Shown piece after piece: positions 7,900 to 17,015 of a stretch of DNA of 40,820 nt. A program made the position numbers and the translations under genes. A model generated the notes under the pieces. It was given only the letters and a program-made list of their open reading frames with translations, ran no database searches and was not told where the DNA came from. Origin of the DNA: a virus (Duplodnaviria; Heunggongvirae; Uroviricota; Caudoviricetes); the IMG/VR virus record IMGVR_UViG_2917413769_000008, positions 1 to 40,820 of that record, one strand, 5' to 3'. The stretch's first letter is position 1; each line of letters starts with the position of its first letter.

Positions 7900-8829
7900 A
7901 TGGCAAACACTGCTGAGATATTCAATTTTCCAGTGCCGGATGCGGCACAAAAGGAGCCGCGCGTGGCAGATCTCGATGATGGTTATACGCGCATTGCAAA
8001 TGAGTTGCTGGAAGCTGTGATGCTGGCCGGATTAACACAGCACCAGCTTCTGGTCTTCCTGGCTGTCATGCGCAAAACATATGGCTTTAATAAAAAACTG
8101 GATTGGGTGAGCAACGAGCAACTTTCCGAGTTAACCGGGATATTGCCGCACAAGTGTTCTGCTGCAAAAAGTGTTCTGGTAAAGCGTGGGATTTTAATTC
8201 AGAGCGGGCGGAATATCGGCATCAATAATGTGGTCAGTGAATGGTCAACATTACCCGAATCAGGTAAGAAAAATAAAGTTTACCTGAAAGAGGTAAATTT
8301 ACCTGAATCAGGTAAGAAAAGTTTACCCAAATCAGGTAAAGGCACTTACCCGAATCAGGTAAACACAAAAGACAAACTAACAAAAGACAATATAAAACCT
8401 TTTTCGTCCGAGAATTCTGACGAATCCTCTGACCAGCCAGAAAACGATCTTCCTGTGGTGAAACCGGATGCTGCAATTCAGAGCGGCAGCAAGTGGGGGA
8501 CAGCAGAAGACCTGACCGCCGCAGAGTGGATGTTTGACATGGTGAAGACCATCGCGCCATCAGCCAGAAAACCGAATTTTGCAGGGTGGGCTAACGATAT
8601 CCGCCTGATGCGTGAACGTGACGGACGTAACCACCGCGATATGTGCGTGCTGTTCCGCTGGGCATGCCAGGACAACTTCTGGTCCGGTAACGTGCTAAGT
8701 CCGGCCAAACTCCGCGACAAGTGGACCCAACTCGAAATCAACCGTAACAAGCAACAGGCTGGCGTGACAGCCGGAAAACCAAAACTCGACCTGACGAACA
8801 CTGACTGGATTTACGGGGTGGAGCTATGA
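7900..8829 (+). CDS. O: Replication initiator O (mosaic: non-lambda N-terminal DNA-binding half, lambda-type C-terminal P-interaction half)
   Basis: Start MANTAEIFNF... with GGAGG RBS; N-terminus resembles lambda O (VADLDDGY); C-terminal ~100 aa match lambda O; iterons lie inside the gene. Confidence 0.9.
   Translation: MANTAEIFNFPVPDAAQKEPRVADLDDGYTRIANELLEAVMLAGLTQHQLLVFLAVMRKTYGFNKKLDWVSNEQLSELTGILPHKCSAAKSVLVKRGILIQSGRNIGINNVVSEWSTLPESGKKNKVYLKEVNLPESGKKSLPKSGKGTYPNQVNTKDKLTKDNIKPFSSENSDESSDQPENDLPVVKPDAAIQSGSKWGTAEDLTAAEWMFDMVKTIAPSARKPNFAGWANDIRLMRERDGRNHRDMCVLFRWACQDNFWSGNVLSPAKLRDKWTQLEINRNKQQAGVTAGKPKLDLTNTDWIYGVEL
8251..8400. repeat. Replication origin: four ~18-bp iterons (TTACCYRAATCAGGTAAR) plus an A-rich flank, inside O
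   Basis: Direct repeats at 8251, 8299, 8323 and 8347, each an internal palindrome (TTACC..GGTAA), followed by cacaaaagacaaactaacaaaagacaatataaaacc. Confidence 0.8.
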
Positions 8830-9527
8830 AAAACATCGCCGCACAGATGGTTAATTTTGACCGTGAGCAGATGCGCCGGATCGCCAATAACATGCCGGAA
8901 CAGTACGACGAAAAGCCGCAGGTACAGCAGGTAGCGCAGATTATCAATGGTGTGTTCAGCCAGTTACTGGCAACTTTCCCGGCGAGCCTGGCTAACCGTG
9001 ACCAGAACGAACTGAACGAAATCCGCCGCCAGTGGGTTCTGGCTTTCCGGGAAAATGGGATCACCACGATGGAACAGGTTAACGCTGGAATGCGCGTAGC
9101 CCGTCGGCAGAATCGACCATTCCTGCCATCACCCGGGCAGTTTGTCGCCTGGTGCCGGGAAGAAGCATCCGTTAACGCCGGGCTGCCAAACGTCAGCGAG
9201 CTGGTTGATATGGTTTATGAGTATTGCCGGAAGCGTGGCCTGTATCCAGATGCAGAGTCTTATCCGTGGAAATCAAACGCGCACTACTGGCTGGTTACCA
9301 ACCTGTACCAGAACATGCGGGCCAATGCGCTTACTGATGCGGAATTACGGCGCAAGGCTGCCGATGAACTGGCCTGTATGACCGCGCGAATTAACCGTGG
9401 AGAGGCGATACCTGAACCAGTAAAACAACTTCCTGTCATGGGTGGCAGGCCGCTTAATCGTGTTCAGGCGCTGGCGAAGATCGCCGAAATCAAAGCGAAG
9501 TTTGGGCTGAAAGGGGCGAGTGTATGA
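8826..9527 (+). CDS. P: Replication protein P (DnaB helicase loader)
   Basis: 233-aa translation matches lambda P; ATGA overlap with O. Confidence 0.95.
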   Translation: MKNIAAQMVNFDREQMRRIANNMPEQYDEKPQVQQVAQIINGVFSQLLATFPASLANRDQNELNEIRRQWVLAFRENGITTMEQVNAGMRVARRQNRPFLPSPGQFVAWCREEASVNAGLPNVSELVDMVYEYCRKRGLYPDAESYPWKSNAHYWLVTNLYQNMRANALTDAELRRKAADELACMTARINRGEAIPEPVKQLPVMGGRPLNRVQALAKIAEIKAKFGLKGASV

Positions 9528-9823
9528 CGGGCAAAGAGGCAATTATTCATTACCTGGGGACGCATAAGAGCTTCTGTGCGCAGGACGTTGCTGAGGTAAC
9601 AGGCGCAACAGTAACCAGCATAAATCAGGCTGCGGCTAAAATGGCGCGGGCAGGAATCTTGGTCATTGATGGTAAGGTCTGGCGAACGGTGTATTACAGG
9701 TTCGCTACCAGGGAAGAACGGGAAGGAAAGGTGAGCACGAATCTGATTTTCAAGGAGTGTCGCCAGAGTGCCGCGATGAAGCGGGTTTTATTTGTTTATG
9801 CGGCGGGGGGAGGAAATCAGTGA
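9524..9823 (+). CDS. ren: Ren
   Basis: Matches lambda Ren (MTGKEAIIHYLGTH...). Confidence 0.9.
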   Translation: MTGKEAIIHYLGTHKSFCAQDVAEVTGATVTSINQAAAKMARAGILVIDGKVWRTVYYRFATREEREGKVSTNLIFKECRQSAAMKRVLFVYAAGGGNQ

Positions 9824-9974
9824 GGTTGACGATAACTAATATCTGGCGCTATATTCTGTGTGTTGCCGCAAAATCGGCACACGGGATTGGCGTCCCGGAT
9901 AAGGTAATCGCGACTACTACACGCCGCGAGCGTGTTTTTTATTGTCGTAAGCATACGCACATCTGAATTATGGT

Positions 9975-10040
9975 GGGGCGTGTAGGGCCGACTTCGGTCG
10001 GGCCGGTTGATTACCCCGGTTACGCCAACCCTACATGTCT
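9975..10040 (+). other. GC-rich structured element (nested hairpins, UUCG tetraloop) between ren and the antirepressor-like gene
   Basis: GGGCCGACttcgGTCGGGCC hairpin nested inside GTAGGG...CCCTAC; no convincing ORF. Confidence 0.3.
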
Positions 10041-10098
10041 CACCACCAAACTGATTGGCGTCAGCGGTGGTGGTTAACTTGATTTATAGGTAATCATC

Positions 10099-10704
10099 AT
10101 GAGCACACAACTAGTCTTTCATCAAACAAAATTCCATCCTGTTAAACACAACAACAGTATCTGGCTTACTGCCGTTGAGATTGCTCAAGCTCTCGGATAT
10201 AAAAAATCTGATGCCGTAACTCAGATCTACGATCGAAATTCCGATGAATTTAGGGCAGATATGACTGAGACCCTCAATTTGAGTGTCTCAGGGAACTACC
10301 AGAAAACAATACGCATTTTCTCCCTCCGTGGTGCCCATTTGATCGCTATGTTCGCCCGCACTCCTGTAGCCAAAGAATTCCGCCGCTGGGTTCTGGATAT
10401 TCTCGATCGAGAAGTTCAACAATCCCCAATCACAAAACAATTCACTGATAACGAACTTTGCACACCCGCCTGGTTATGGCGAGCAGGGGATGTGATGTTA
10501 ACCGCCTGCCAGAATGTTACTCCACTTCTTCAGGTTGCGGAGCATCGCGAAGCCGGTCGCTTTACTTCTATTGAGCAAGAATATCCCCAGATACTACATA
10601 AGGCGCGCGAAATCCTTGCCAGAGAAACGGCACATGTAAGATTCCAGCCGTGGCAGGATGATAAGTGGAGCCGAGTATTGCCGCATTTGCGTTCTGAGCA
10701 GTAG
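10099..10704 (+). CDS. AntA/Bro-N-family antirepressor-like protein (Roi-like)
   Basis: 201-aa ORF with good RBS; N-terminal region resembles AntA/Bro-N antirepressor domains (family call from memory). Confidence 0.6.
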   Translation: MSTQLVFHQTKFHPVKHNNSIWLTAVEIAQALGYKKSDAVTQIYDRNSDEFRADMTETLNLSVSGNYQKTIRIFSLRGAHLIAMFARTPVAKEFRRWVLDILDREVQQSPITKQFTDNELCTPAWLWRAGDVMLTACQNVTPLLQVAEHREAGRFTSIEQEYPQILHKAREILARETAHVRFQPWQDDKWSRVLPHLRSEQ

Positions 10705-10883
10705 CAATAAAGTTTCCGGTGAGAAATGTCACCAGCATTTTGTTATGAAACGGGTATTGGCGGTATATGGGGGCGGGGCTTTAGTTATTAGGTGTCGAGA
10801 ATTAATTGTTTGTAGCAATATAAAAAGGAACGCTTAAGTTCGTTTATTTTTTAAGCTTCATATACATAGTGGATAAAAATGAG

Positions 10884-10910
10884 AACCACCCGCTGAACGG
10901 GTGGTTTTGC
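10884..10910. terminator. Hairpin terminator between the antirepressor-like gene and the antisense moron
   Basis: AACCACCCGctgaaCGGGTGGTT followed by TTTTG on the plus strand; lies at the 3' side of both convergent genes. Confidence 0.6.
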
Positions 10911-10982
10911 GCAAGTTAAATTTTATAATTTCAGTGAATCTTTACGCGGTAATAATGCAAATGATAGTTGAAAAAAGCACTA

Positions 10983-11660
10983 TCAGTCGATAGACTCACC
11001 GTAGGATGCAACTGCCTGAGCGCTGTATATAATAGAAGTATGCTGGGTATATCCAGTATCCATCAGACAAGAATAAGTATTATCATCTTTATTAAAAGCG
11101 TAAATGCTACAAACACCCTCAAGCTCACAACTTGTGTCCCATCCACTATTAGTTAACGTGCCCCACTCCTGGTAAAGTCCTGCGTTAACTTTTCGATTGA
11201 TATGATGCCATCCGCTATTTTCATCAATATAGTCACTATCGATATCATGTATTCTAGGAAATTCTCCGTTCATGTTTTCAATCCACGGTAAAATCTTTTT
11301 AACTGAGTTATAAGTTTCAATGCTGTATTTGAAAAAACGCTTCACGATAAAAATATAGATGCCGGCAGATTTATTCGTTGATTTATCAGTGGCGAAAATG
11401 ACAAAAATCTTCCCAACGCACTTTTCATCTACGCCCGGAAAAGTTACTGTGCCATCCTGGCTAACCGCCAGAACATTATTGTCTGCATTAGTGCCACAGG
11501 TCCATTTTACCTTGTCATTATTAATAGGGTCATTATCAATGACCATCTTGAAGGTTGCTCCTGGGAACAAACTGTTAGGGAAACAGTAACCACTCTCCAT
11601 ATCATTTTTAATATCATAGATATGGCTATCAACTAACACGCCTGTAATTTTGCTCATCAT
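10983..11660 (-). CDS. Moron: hypothetical 225-aa protein of unknown function, AT-rich, antisense to the nin operon
   Basis: First ATG at 11660 with a weak GAGAG RBS (the longer ORF begins with TTG); strongly AT-rich with a flanking AT-rich noncoding region; no recognised domain. Confidence 0.7.
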   Translation of the reverse strand: MMSKITGVLVDSHIYDIKNDMESGYCFPNSLFPGATFKMVIDNDPINNDKVKWTCGTNADNNVLAVSQDGTVTFPGVDEKCVGKIFVIFATDKSTNKSAGIYIFIVKRFFKYSIETYNSVKKILPWIENMNGEFPRIHDIDSDYIDENSGWHHINRKVNAGLYQEWGTLTNSGWDTSCELEGVCSIYAFNKDDNTYSCLMDTGYTQHTSIIYSAQAVASYGESID

Positions 11661-12171
11661 TGAACTCTCTTTGTTTGTTAAATAAAAAGTTTTATTCCTG
11701 AACAACGGAACACGCTGATATTAATGCAACCAATGAATTGTTGTTGTTATTTGGAGGTTATATAGTGGTATGAATGTTATTATACGATGTCTCTGAGTGA
11801 TGGGGTAAGGATTATATGATTCGCTTTTGAGATTTACCTATGTCAGGCGTTGCTGTTCATGTTCGTCCCCGTTGTCAGTCTTCTTAGTCTGAGCTAATGT
11901 GATCATCAATGGGTTATCAGTTTTCTCTGAAGTTATATAATTAATTGAGCGCCATAGCACCATGGGGCATTGTTGAATTTCATCTTCAATTGATTTTCCA
12001 TAATCAACTCGCCATAATCATGTCATCGGAGCCTGAACACCTCCGGTGACTTCTGCGCTAAACGGGGACGTTTATGCGCACACACAATCCAAACTCTCTT
12101 CTCCCTTCACAGATGCAGAAATGCACCTGCGATTTTTTGCATCCAACGTTTGACCTCTGCGGAGGTGAAGC

Positions 12172-12627
12172 GTGAACCTCCCACAAGACGGCATCAAATT
12201 GCATCGCGGTAACTTCACCGCTATCGGTCAGCAGATCCAGCCTTATCTGGAGGATGGAAAATGCTTTCGCATGGTGCTTAAACCGTGGCGGGAGAGACGC
12301 AGTCTTTCCCAGAATGCACTCAGCCACATGTGGTACAGCGAAATCAGTGAATACCTCATCAGCAGGGGGAAATCGTTCGCTACCGCAGCATGGGTAAAAG
12401 ATGCTCTCAAACACACATACCTCGGTTATGAAACCAAGGACCTGGTTGATGTCGTAACCGGCGAAATCACTACTATCCAGTCGTTACGCCATACCTCCGA
12501 TCTTGATACCGGAGAGATGTATGTCTTCCTGAGTAAGGTTGAATCTTGGGCGATGAGTATTGGCTGCCACCTGACTATTCCGCAGAGCTGCGAGTATCAG
12601 CTGCTGCGTGATAAGCAGGAGGCGTAA
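12172..12627 (+). CDS. ninB: NinB-family recombination protein
   Basis: 151 aa, GTG start after GGAGG; [13 protein letters not shown] resembles the NinB RSLDQN motif; position at the head of the nin operon. Confidence 0.7.
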   Translation: MNLPQDGIKLHRGNFTAIGQQIQPYLEDGKCFRMVLKPWRERRSLSQNALSHMWYSEISEYLISRGKSFATAAWVKDALKHTYLGYETKDLVDVVTGEITTIQSLRHTSDLDTGEMYVFLSKVESWAMSIGCHLTIPQSCEYQLLRDKQEA

Positions 12628-12797
12628 TGGCTACACCGCTTATTCGTGTCATGAACGGACACATCTACAAAGTACCAAATCGTCGTAAGCGTAAACCTGA
12701 GCTGAAGCCATCCGAAATACCAACACTGCTCGGATATACCGCCAGCCTGGTTGATAAAAAATGGTTGCGACTGGCAGCAAGGAGGAATCATGGCTGA
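12627..12797 (+). CDS. ninE: NinE-like small protein (56 aa)
   Basis: ORF not in the track (<60 aa); start overlaps the ninB stop, stop overlaps the next start; basic NinE-like sequence. Confidence 0.55.
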   Translation: MATPLIRVMNGHIYKVPNRRKRKPELKPSEIPTLLGYTASLVDKKWLRLAARRNHG

Positions 12798-13080
12798 TTT
12801 GAGAAAAGCAGCGCGTGGTCGGGAATGCCAGGTAAGAATCCCTGGCGTATGTAATGGCAATTCTGAAACGTCTGTACTGGCACATATCCGGCTGGCTGGA
12901 TTGTGCGGTACCGGTATCAAACCGCCAGACCTGATTGCCACCATTGCATGTTCTGCCTGTCACGACGAAATCGACCGCCGCACACATTTTGTCGATGCTG
13001 AGTATGCAAAAGAATGCGCGCTGGAAGGTATGGCGAGAACGCAGGTTATCTGGCTGAAAGAGGGGGTAATCAAGGCGTGA
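12790..13080 (+). CDS. ybcO: YbcO-like protein (96 aa, Cys-rich)
   Basis: [23 protein letters not shown]... with several Cys/His; sits between ninE and rusA as in DLP12-type nin regions (from memory). Confidence 0.6.
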   Translation: MADLRKAARGRECQVRIPGVCNGNSETSVLAHIRLAGLCGTGIKPPDLIATIACSACHDEIDRRTHFVDAEYAKECALEGMARTQVIWLKEGVIKA

Positions 13081-13439
13081 ATACTTACTACATCACACTA
13101 CCCTGGCCGCCGAGCAATAACCGCTACTACCGCCATAATCGCGGGCGCACGCACATCAGCGCAGAGGGGCAGGTATACCGCGATAACGTCGCCCGAATCA
13201 TCAAAGGCTCCATGCTGGATATCGGTCTGGCTATGCCAGTGAAAATCCGTATTGAGTGCCACATGCCGGATCGCCGTCGCCGTGACCTGGATAATCTGCA
13301 AAAAGCAGCTTTTGACGCACTCACCAAAGCAGGTTTCTGGCTGGATGATGCTCAGGTCGTTGATTATCGCGTTGTGAAAATGCCCGTTACCAAGGGTGGG
13401 AAGTTGGAGCTGACCATCACTGAACTGGGAGATGAATGA
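13077..13439 (+). CDS. rusA: RusA Holliday-junction resolvase
   Basis: GTG start; translation ([26 protein letters not shown]...[25 protein letters not shown]) matches E. coli RusA. Confidence 0.9.
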   Translation: MNTYYITLPWPPSNNRYYRHNRGRTHISAEGQVYRDNVARIIKGSMLDIGLAMPVKIRIECHMPDRRRRDLDNLQKAAFDALTKAGFWLDDAQVVDYRVVKMPVTKGGKLELTITELGDE

Positions 13440-13576
13440 TGTTTGAGTCTTATATGGCAGAACGTCTTCGCCGCCGCTGGGGGCGCCTGCGCTTATATCG
13501 TTTTCCCGGTTCTGTTTTGACCGATTACCGAATACTGAAGAATTACGCCAAAACACTGGCAGAGACAATTGTATGA
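13436..13576 (+). CDS. ylcG: YlcG-like small protein (46 aa)
   Basis: [41 protein letters not shown]...; start overlaps the rusA stop. Confidence 0.6.
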   Translation: MMFESYMAERLRRRWGRLRLYRFPGSVLTDYRILKNYAKTLAETIV

Positions 13577-13656
13577 AGCCAGAGATAACGATCGGTTGAT
13601 GCCGTTTTATTGTTTTTTGCTGCCAATTGGCGTGCTGGTGTAAATGGAGAACGAGA

Positions 13657-14409
13657 ATGAATCTTGAGGCCTTACCAAAATATTACTCCCCAAAATCTCC
13701 AAAATTGAGCGATGACGCACCGGCGACAGGCTCTGGCTGTTTAACGATTACGGATGTGATGGCTGCGCAGGGGATGGTGCAGTCGAAAGCACCGCTTGGG
13801 TTTGCCTTATTCCTGGCAAAAGTTGGTGTTCAGGACCCTCAGTTTGCAATTGAAGGTCTGCTCAATTACGCGATGGCACTGGATAACCCGACATTGAATA
13901 AATTGAGTGCAGAAACACGGTTACAGATTATTCCTTACCTCGTGAATTTTGCCTTTGCTGATTATTCCAGGTCTGCGGCAAGTAAGGCTCGCTGTGAGCA
14001 TTGTGCTGGTACGGGATTTCATAATGTATTGCGCGAAGTGGTGAAACATTCCAGAAGCGGGGAATCCGTTATCAAGGAAGAGTGGGTGAAGGAACTATGT
14101 CAGCATTGTCATGGTAAGGGAGAAGTCAGCACAGCGTGCAGAGGGTGTAAGGGTAAAGGTATTGTCCTGGATGAAAAAAGGACCCGGCTTCATGGCACGC
14201 CTGTTTATAAGATTTGTGGGCGTTGCAATGGAAACCGGTTTAGCCGTTTACCAACCACACTGGCGCGGCATCATGTCCAGAAACTGGTACCGGACCTGAC
14301 GGATTATCAGTGGTACAAGGGGTATGCTGATGTTATTGATAAACTGGTTACAAAGTGCTGGCAGGAAGAAGCATATGCAGAAGCACAGTTGAGAAAAGTG
14401 ACAAGATAA
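13657..14409 (+). CDS. Q: Late-gene antiterminator Q (QuuD / phage 21-82 type)
   Basis: 250 aa from MNLEALPKYY; Cys-rich zinc-binding region; sits directly upstream of a pR'-like promoter and tR'. Confidence 0.85.
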   Translation: MNLEALPKYYSPKSPKLSDDAPATGSGCLTITDVMAAQGMVQSKAPLGFALFLAKVGVQDPQFAIEGLLNYAMALDNPTLNKLSAETRLQIIPYLVNFAFADYSRSAASKARCEHCAGTGFHNVLREVVKHSRSGESVIKEEWVKELCQHCHGKGEVSTACRGCKGKGIVLDEKRTRLHGTPVYKICGRCNGNRFSRLPTTLARHHVQKLVPDLTDYQWYKGYADVIDKLVTKCWQEEAYAEAQLRKVTR

Positions 14410-14440
14410 ATAATTTTCGCCGAAGATATCGACATGATGC

Positions 14441-14475
14441 TTGCATTTTTTCAAAAAATATGGATAGGATTTTCT
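14441..14475 (+). promoter_or_regulatory. Late promoter pR' with qut-like region
   Basis: TTGCAT, ~17-18 nt, TAGGAT, followed by tttctcaacgatggg, which resembles the lambda pR' initial transcribed sequence. Confidence 0.6.
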
Positions 14476-14515
14476 CAACGATGGGCTTTGTATGTCCGGT
14501 GTTGAGAAAAAGTAG

Positions 14516-14547
14516 AAAACCCGCTAATGAGCGGGTTTTTGTGTTTT
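14516..14547 (+). terminator. tR' rho-independent terminator
   Basis: AAACCCGCtaatgaGCGGGTTT hairpin followed by TTGTGTTTT. Confidence 0.8.
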
Positions 14548-14778
14548 AAATGGGGAGGTGGCTGGATGTCTAAAATAAACATTGCTTCCAAGTGTACAAC
14601 TATGCGTTAATGGCTGCGTCGGTTTGAAGAACAGACGATATACGAAGTAGTTTACTAAAGCAGTTCTCATTTCAGGTGTTATTCACTTATTCCTTCTTTG
14701 AGTCTCTCCAATTAAGTACGAAGTCGTTTCTGTTATACAAATCATTTATGCCGAAAGGCTCAAGTTAAGGAATGTAGA

Positions 14779-14994
14779 ATGTCAAATAAAATGACTGGTT
14801 TAGTAAAATGGTTTAACGCTGATAAAGGTTTTGGCTTTATTTCTCCTGTTGATGGTAGTAAAGATGTGTTTGTGCATTTTTCTGCAATTCAGAATGATAA
14901 TTATCGAACCTTATTTGAAGGCCAAAAGGTTACCTTCTCTGTAGAGAGTGGTGCTAAAGGTCCTGCAGCAGCAAATGTCATTATTACTGATTAA
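14779..14994 (+). CDS. cspB: Cold-shock protein (CspA family), inserted between Q and the lysis genes
   Basis: 71 aa with [12 protein letters not shown] (RNP1) and VFVHFSAI (RNP2) motifs; long 5' leader; CspB rather than CspI is from memory. Confidence 0.8.
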   Translation: MSNKMTGLVKWFNADKGFGFISPVDGSKDVFVHFSAIQNDNYRTLFEGQKVTFSVESGAKGPAAANVIITD

Positions 14995-15192
14995 AATTCA
15001 TAGCTTGTCTGTATACGATAACGAAGAAGGCTGATGCCTGAGTAGAGATGCAGATAGAGTTGTGGGTATTGAATCCCATTTTGTGGTGAAGTGCAGGTTT
15101 GCTGCATGAATAGTTTTACAGTAGAAGCTAACTGCTGGCATAGCAATACAAAGTGCGTAAGTGGGTAACTACCACAAAAAGCACCACAATCT

Positions 15193-15220
15193 CAAACCCG
15201 CGCAGGCGGGTTTTTTATTA
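15193..15220 (+). terminator. Rho-independent terminator downstream of cspB
   Basis: AAACCCGCgcagGCGGGTTT followed by TTTTATT. Confidence 0.7.
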
Positions 15221-15275
15221 TCTGATTTAAATATATTATTAAAATATAAAAACTCTTTGTAAGTAATCGAAACAC

Positions 15276-15446
15276 TCAGGCAACAGCTTTAAGATTTGTT
15301 TGGAATACTTTGTTGCAATGAGGGCAGATCAAAAGGGCACCTTTTTGTACTCTAGAAAAACTGTGTTCTGATTCTTGGGTACAGTTTGGGCAAGAACATT
15401 TTACGAGATAATTACGGCGTGATTTTGAGTCTTTACGTTCTGACAT
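15276..15446 (-). CDS. Candidate small zinc-ribbon protein (56 aa, MSERKDSKSRRNYLVKCSCPNCTQESEHSFSRVQKGALLICPHCNKVF...)
   Basis: ATG ORF not in the track (<60 aa); CxCPxC...CPHC pattern. Confidence 0.4.
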   Translation of the reverse strand: MSERKDSKSRRNYLVKCSCPNCTQESEHSFSRVQKGALLICPHCNKVFQTNLKAVA

Positions 15447-15667
15447 AGGCTTTTCCTGTATAAATGGCCGTATACATTACACTAAATAGAAAAATATATC
15501 CCGCATTATTATTTAATAGATGGTTTTTCTTTTAAAATATTTAACCACATTATTTTAATTTTCTGTTTTTTGAGCGTCGTTGAGAACAACGTTTGCTGTA
15601 AAAACTAACCCGTAGACTCCGATCTTTTCAAACATATTGCACCATCCGTGTACATCGGGGTGAGGAT

Positions 15668-15883
15668 ATGAAATCAATGGATAAGTTAACAACAGGTGTC
15701 GCCTATGGCACCTCTGCAGGCAGTGCTGGCTACTGGTTTTTACAGTTGCTCGATAAAGTCACGCCATCACAGTGGGCGGCAATAGGTGTGCTGGGTAGTC
15801 TGGTATTTGGCCTGCTGACGTACCTGACAAACCTTTATTTCAAGATTAAAGAAGATAAGCGTAAGGCTGCGAGAGGTGAATAA
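15668..15883 (+). CDS. S: Class II holin (phage 21 S-type pinholin)
   Basis: 71 aa with dual-start MKSM, two TM segments and a charged C-terminus; matches phage 21 S from memory. Confidence 0.9.
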
Positions 15884-16380
15884 TGTCGCCATCATTACGC
15901 AAGGCTGTTGCAGCTGCTATTGGTGGTGGGGCTGTTGCCATAGCGTCTGTGCTCATCACTGGTCCGAGTGGTGACGATGGTCTGGAAGGTGTCAGCTACA
16001 TACCATATAAAGATATCGTTGGCGTATGGACTGTATGTTACGGGCACACCGGAAAAGACATTATGCTCGGTAAAACGTATACCGAAGCAGAATGCAAAGC
16101 CCTCCTGAATAAAGACCTTGCCACTGTCGCCAGACAAATTAACCCGTACATCAAAGTCGATATACCGGAAACAACGCGCGGCGCTCTTTACTCGTTCGTC
16201 TATAACGTGGGCGCAGGCAATTTCAGAACATCTACTCTTCTTCGCAAAATAAACCAGGGCGATATCAAGGGCGCATGTGACCAGCTACGTCGCTGGACAT
16301 ACGCTGGCGGTAAGCAATGGAAAGGCCTGATGACTCGTCGTGAGATTGAGCGTGAGGTCTGTTTGTGGGGGCAGCAATGA
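15883..16380 (+). CDS. R: SAR endolysin (lysozyme, phage 21 R-type)
   Basis: 165 aa with an N-terminal hydrophobic signal-anchor-release segment; overlaps the holin stop. Confidence 0.9.
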   Translation: MSPSLRKAVAAAIGGGAVAIASVLITGPSGDDGLEGVSYIPYKDIVGVWTVCYGHTGKDIMLGKTYTEAECKALLNKDLATVARQINPYIKVDIPETTRGALYSFVYNVGAGNFRTSTLLRKINQGDIKGACDQLRRWTYAGGKQWKGLMTRREIEREVCLWGQQ

Positions 16381-16814
16381 GCAGGGTAACCGCGATTATC
16401 TCCGCTCTGGTTATCTGCATCATCGTCTGCCTGTCATGGGCTGTTAATCATTACCGTGATAACGCCATTACCTACAAAGAACAGCGCGATAAAGCCACGT
16501 ACATCATCGCTGATATGCAGAAGCGTCAACGTGATGTAGCAGTACTCGACGCCAGATACACAAAGGAGCTTGCTGATGCTAACGCGACTATCGAAAGTCT
16601 CCGTGCTGATGTTTCTGCTGGTCGTAAGCGCCTGCAAGTCTCCGCCACCTGTGCAAAGTCAACGACCGGAGCCAGCAGCATGGGCGATGGAGAAAGCCCA
16701 AGACTTACAGCAGATGCTGAACTCAATTATTACCGTCTCAGAAGTGGAATCGACAGGATAACCGCGCAGGTTAACTACCTGCAGGAGTACATCAGGACGC
16801 AATGCCTGAAATAA
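16377..16814 (+). CDS. Rz: Rz i-spanin
   Basis: Start [19 protein letters not shown] (TM) overlapping the endolysin stop; coiled-coil periplasmic domain. Confidence 0.85.
   Translation: MSRVTAIISALVICIIVCLSWAVNHYRDNAITYKEQRDKATYIIADMQKRQRDVAVLDARYTKELADANATIESLRADVSAGRKRLQVSATCAKSTTGASSMGDGESPRLTADAELNYYRLRSGIDRITAQVNYLQEYIRTQCLK
16570..16761 (+). CDS. Rz1: Rz1 o-spanin lipoprotein embedded in Rz (+1 frame)
   Basis: 63-aa ORF inside Rz with a lipoprotein signal (LLVVSAC) and a Pro-rich mature part. Confidence 0.8.
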   Translation: MLMLTRLSKVSVLMFLLVVSACKSPPPVQSQRPEPAAWAMEKAQDLQQMLNSIITVSEVESTG

Positions 16815-16845
16815 TTTTTTTGCAAATCACAAAGTCAATTTAATG

Positions 16846-16900
16846 AGCCTCGCGATGCGGGGCTTTTTGCAATAAATGCGTACCGCAACGCATGTTTTTT
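16846..16900 (+). terminator. Tandem hairpin terminators downstream of Rz
   Basis: AGCCTCGCgatGCGGGGCT followed by TTTTT, then ATGCGTaccgcaACGCAT followed by GTTTTTT. Confidence 0.6.
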
Positions 16901-17015
16901 ACACCGAACCTGCCCCTTTGGAATGGGCCTTTGAGGATACCAGTTAGTGCTGGCGAGCCTCGGTGGGCTGGTTTCCTGTGCGGCAAAGGTTCATTTCAAA
17001 GAGTAGGTACACGCT

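Noticed and set aside
8251-8364. Short direct-repeat array considered as a possible CRISPR array
   Set aside because: Only four 18-bp repeats with 5-30-bp irregular spacing, embedded in the O gene and followed by an A-rich tract; these are origin iterons.
9757-9966. 69-aa plus-strand ORF between ren and the antirepressor-like gene
   Set aside because: Overlaps the ren 3' end in another frame, has an odd Cys/Gly-rich translation and no clear RBS; the region is better explained as structured noncoding DNA.
9975-10040. Possible tRNA gene in the GC-rich hairpin region
   Set aside because: No cloverleaf is apparent: no T-arm GTTCRA-like motif and no acceptor-stem pairing between the ends.
12058-12414. 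118-aa minus-strand ORF
   Set aside because: Antisense to ninB with an implausible translation; shadow ORF.
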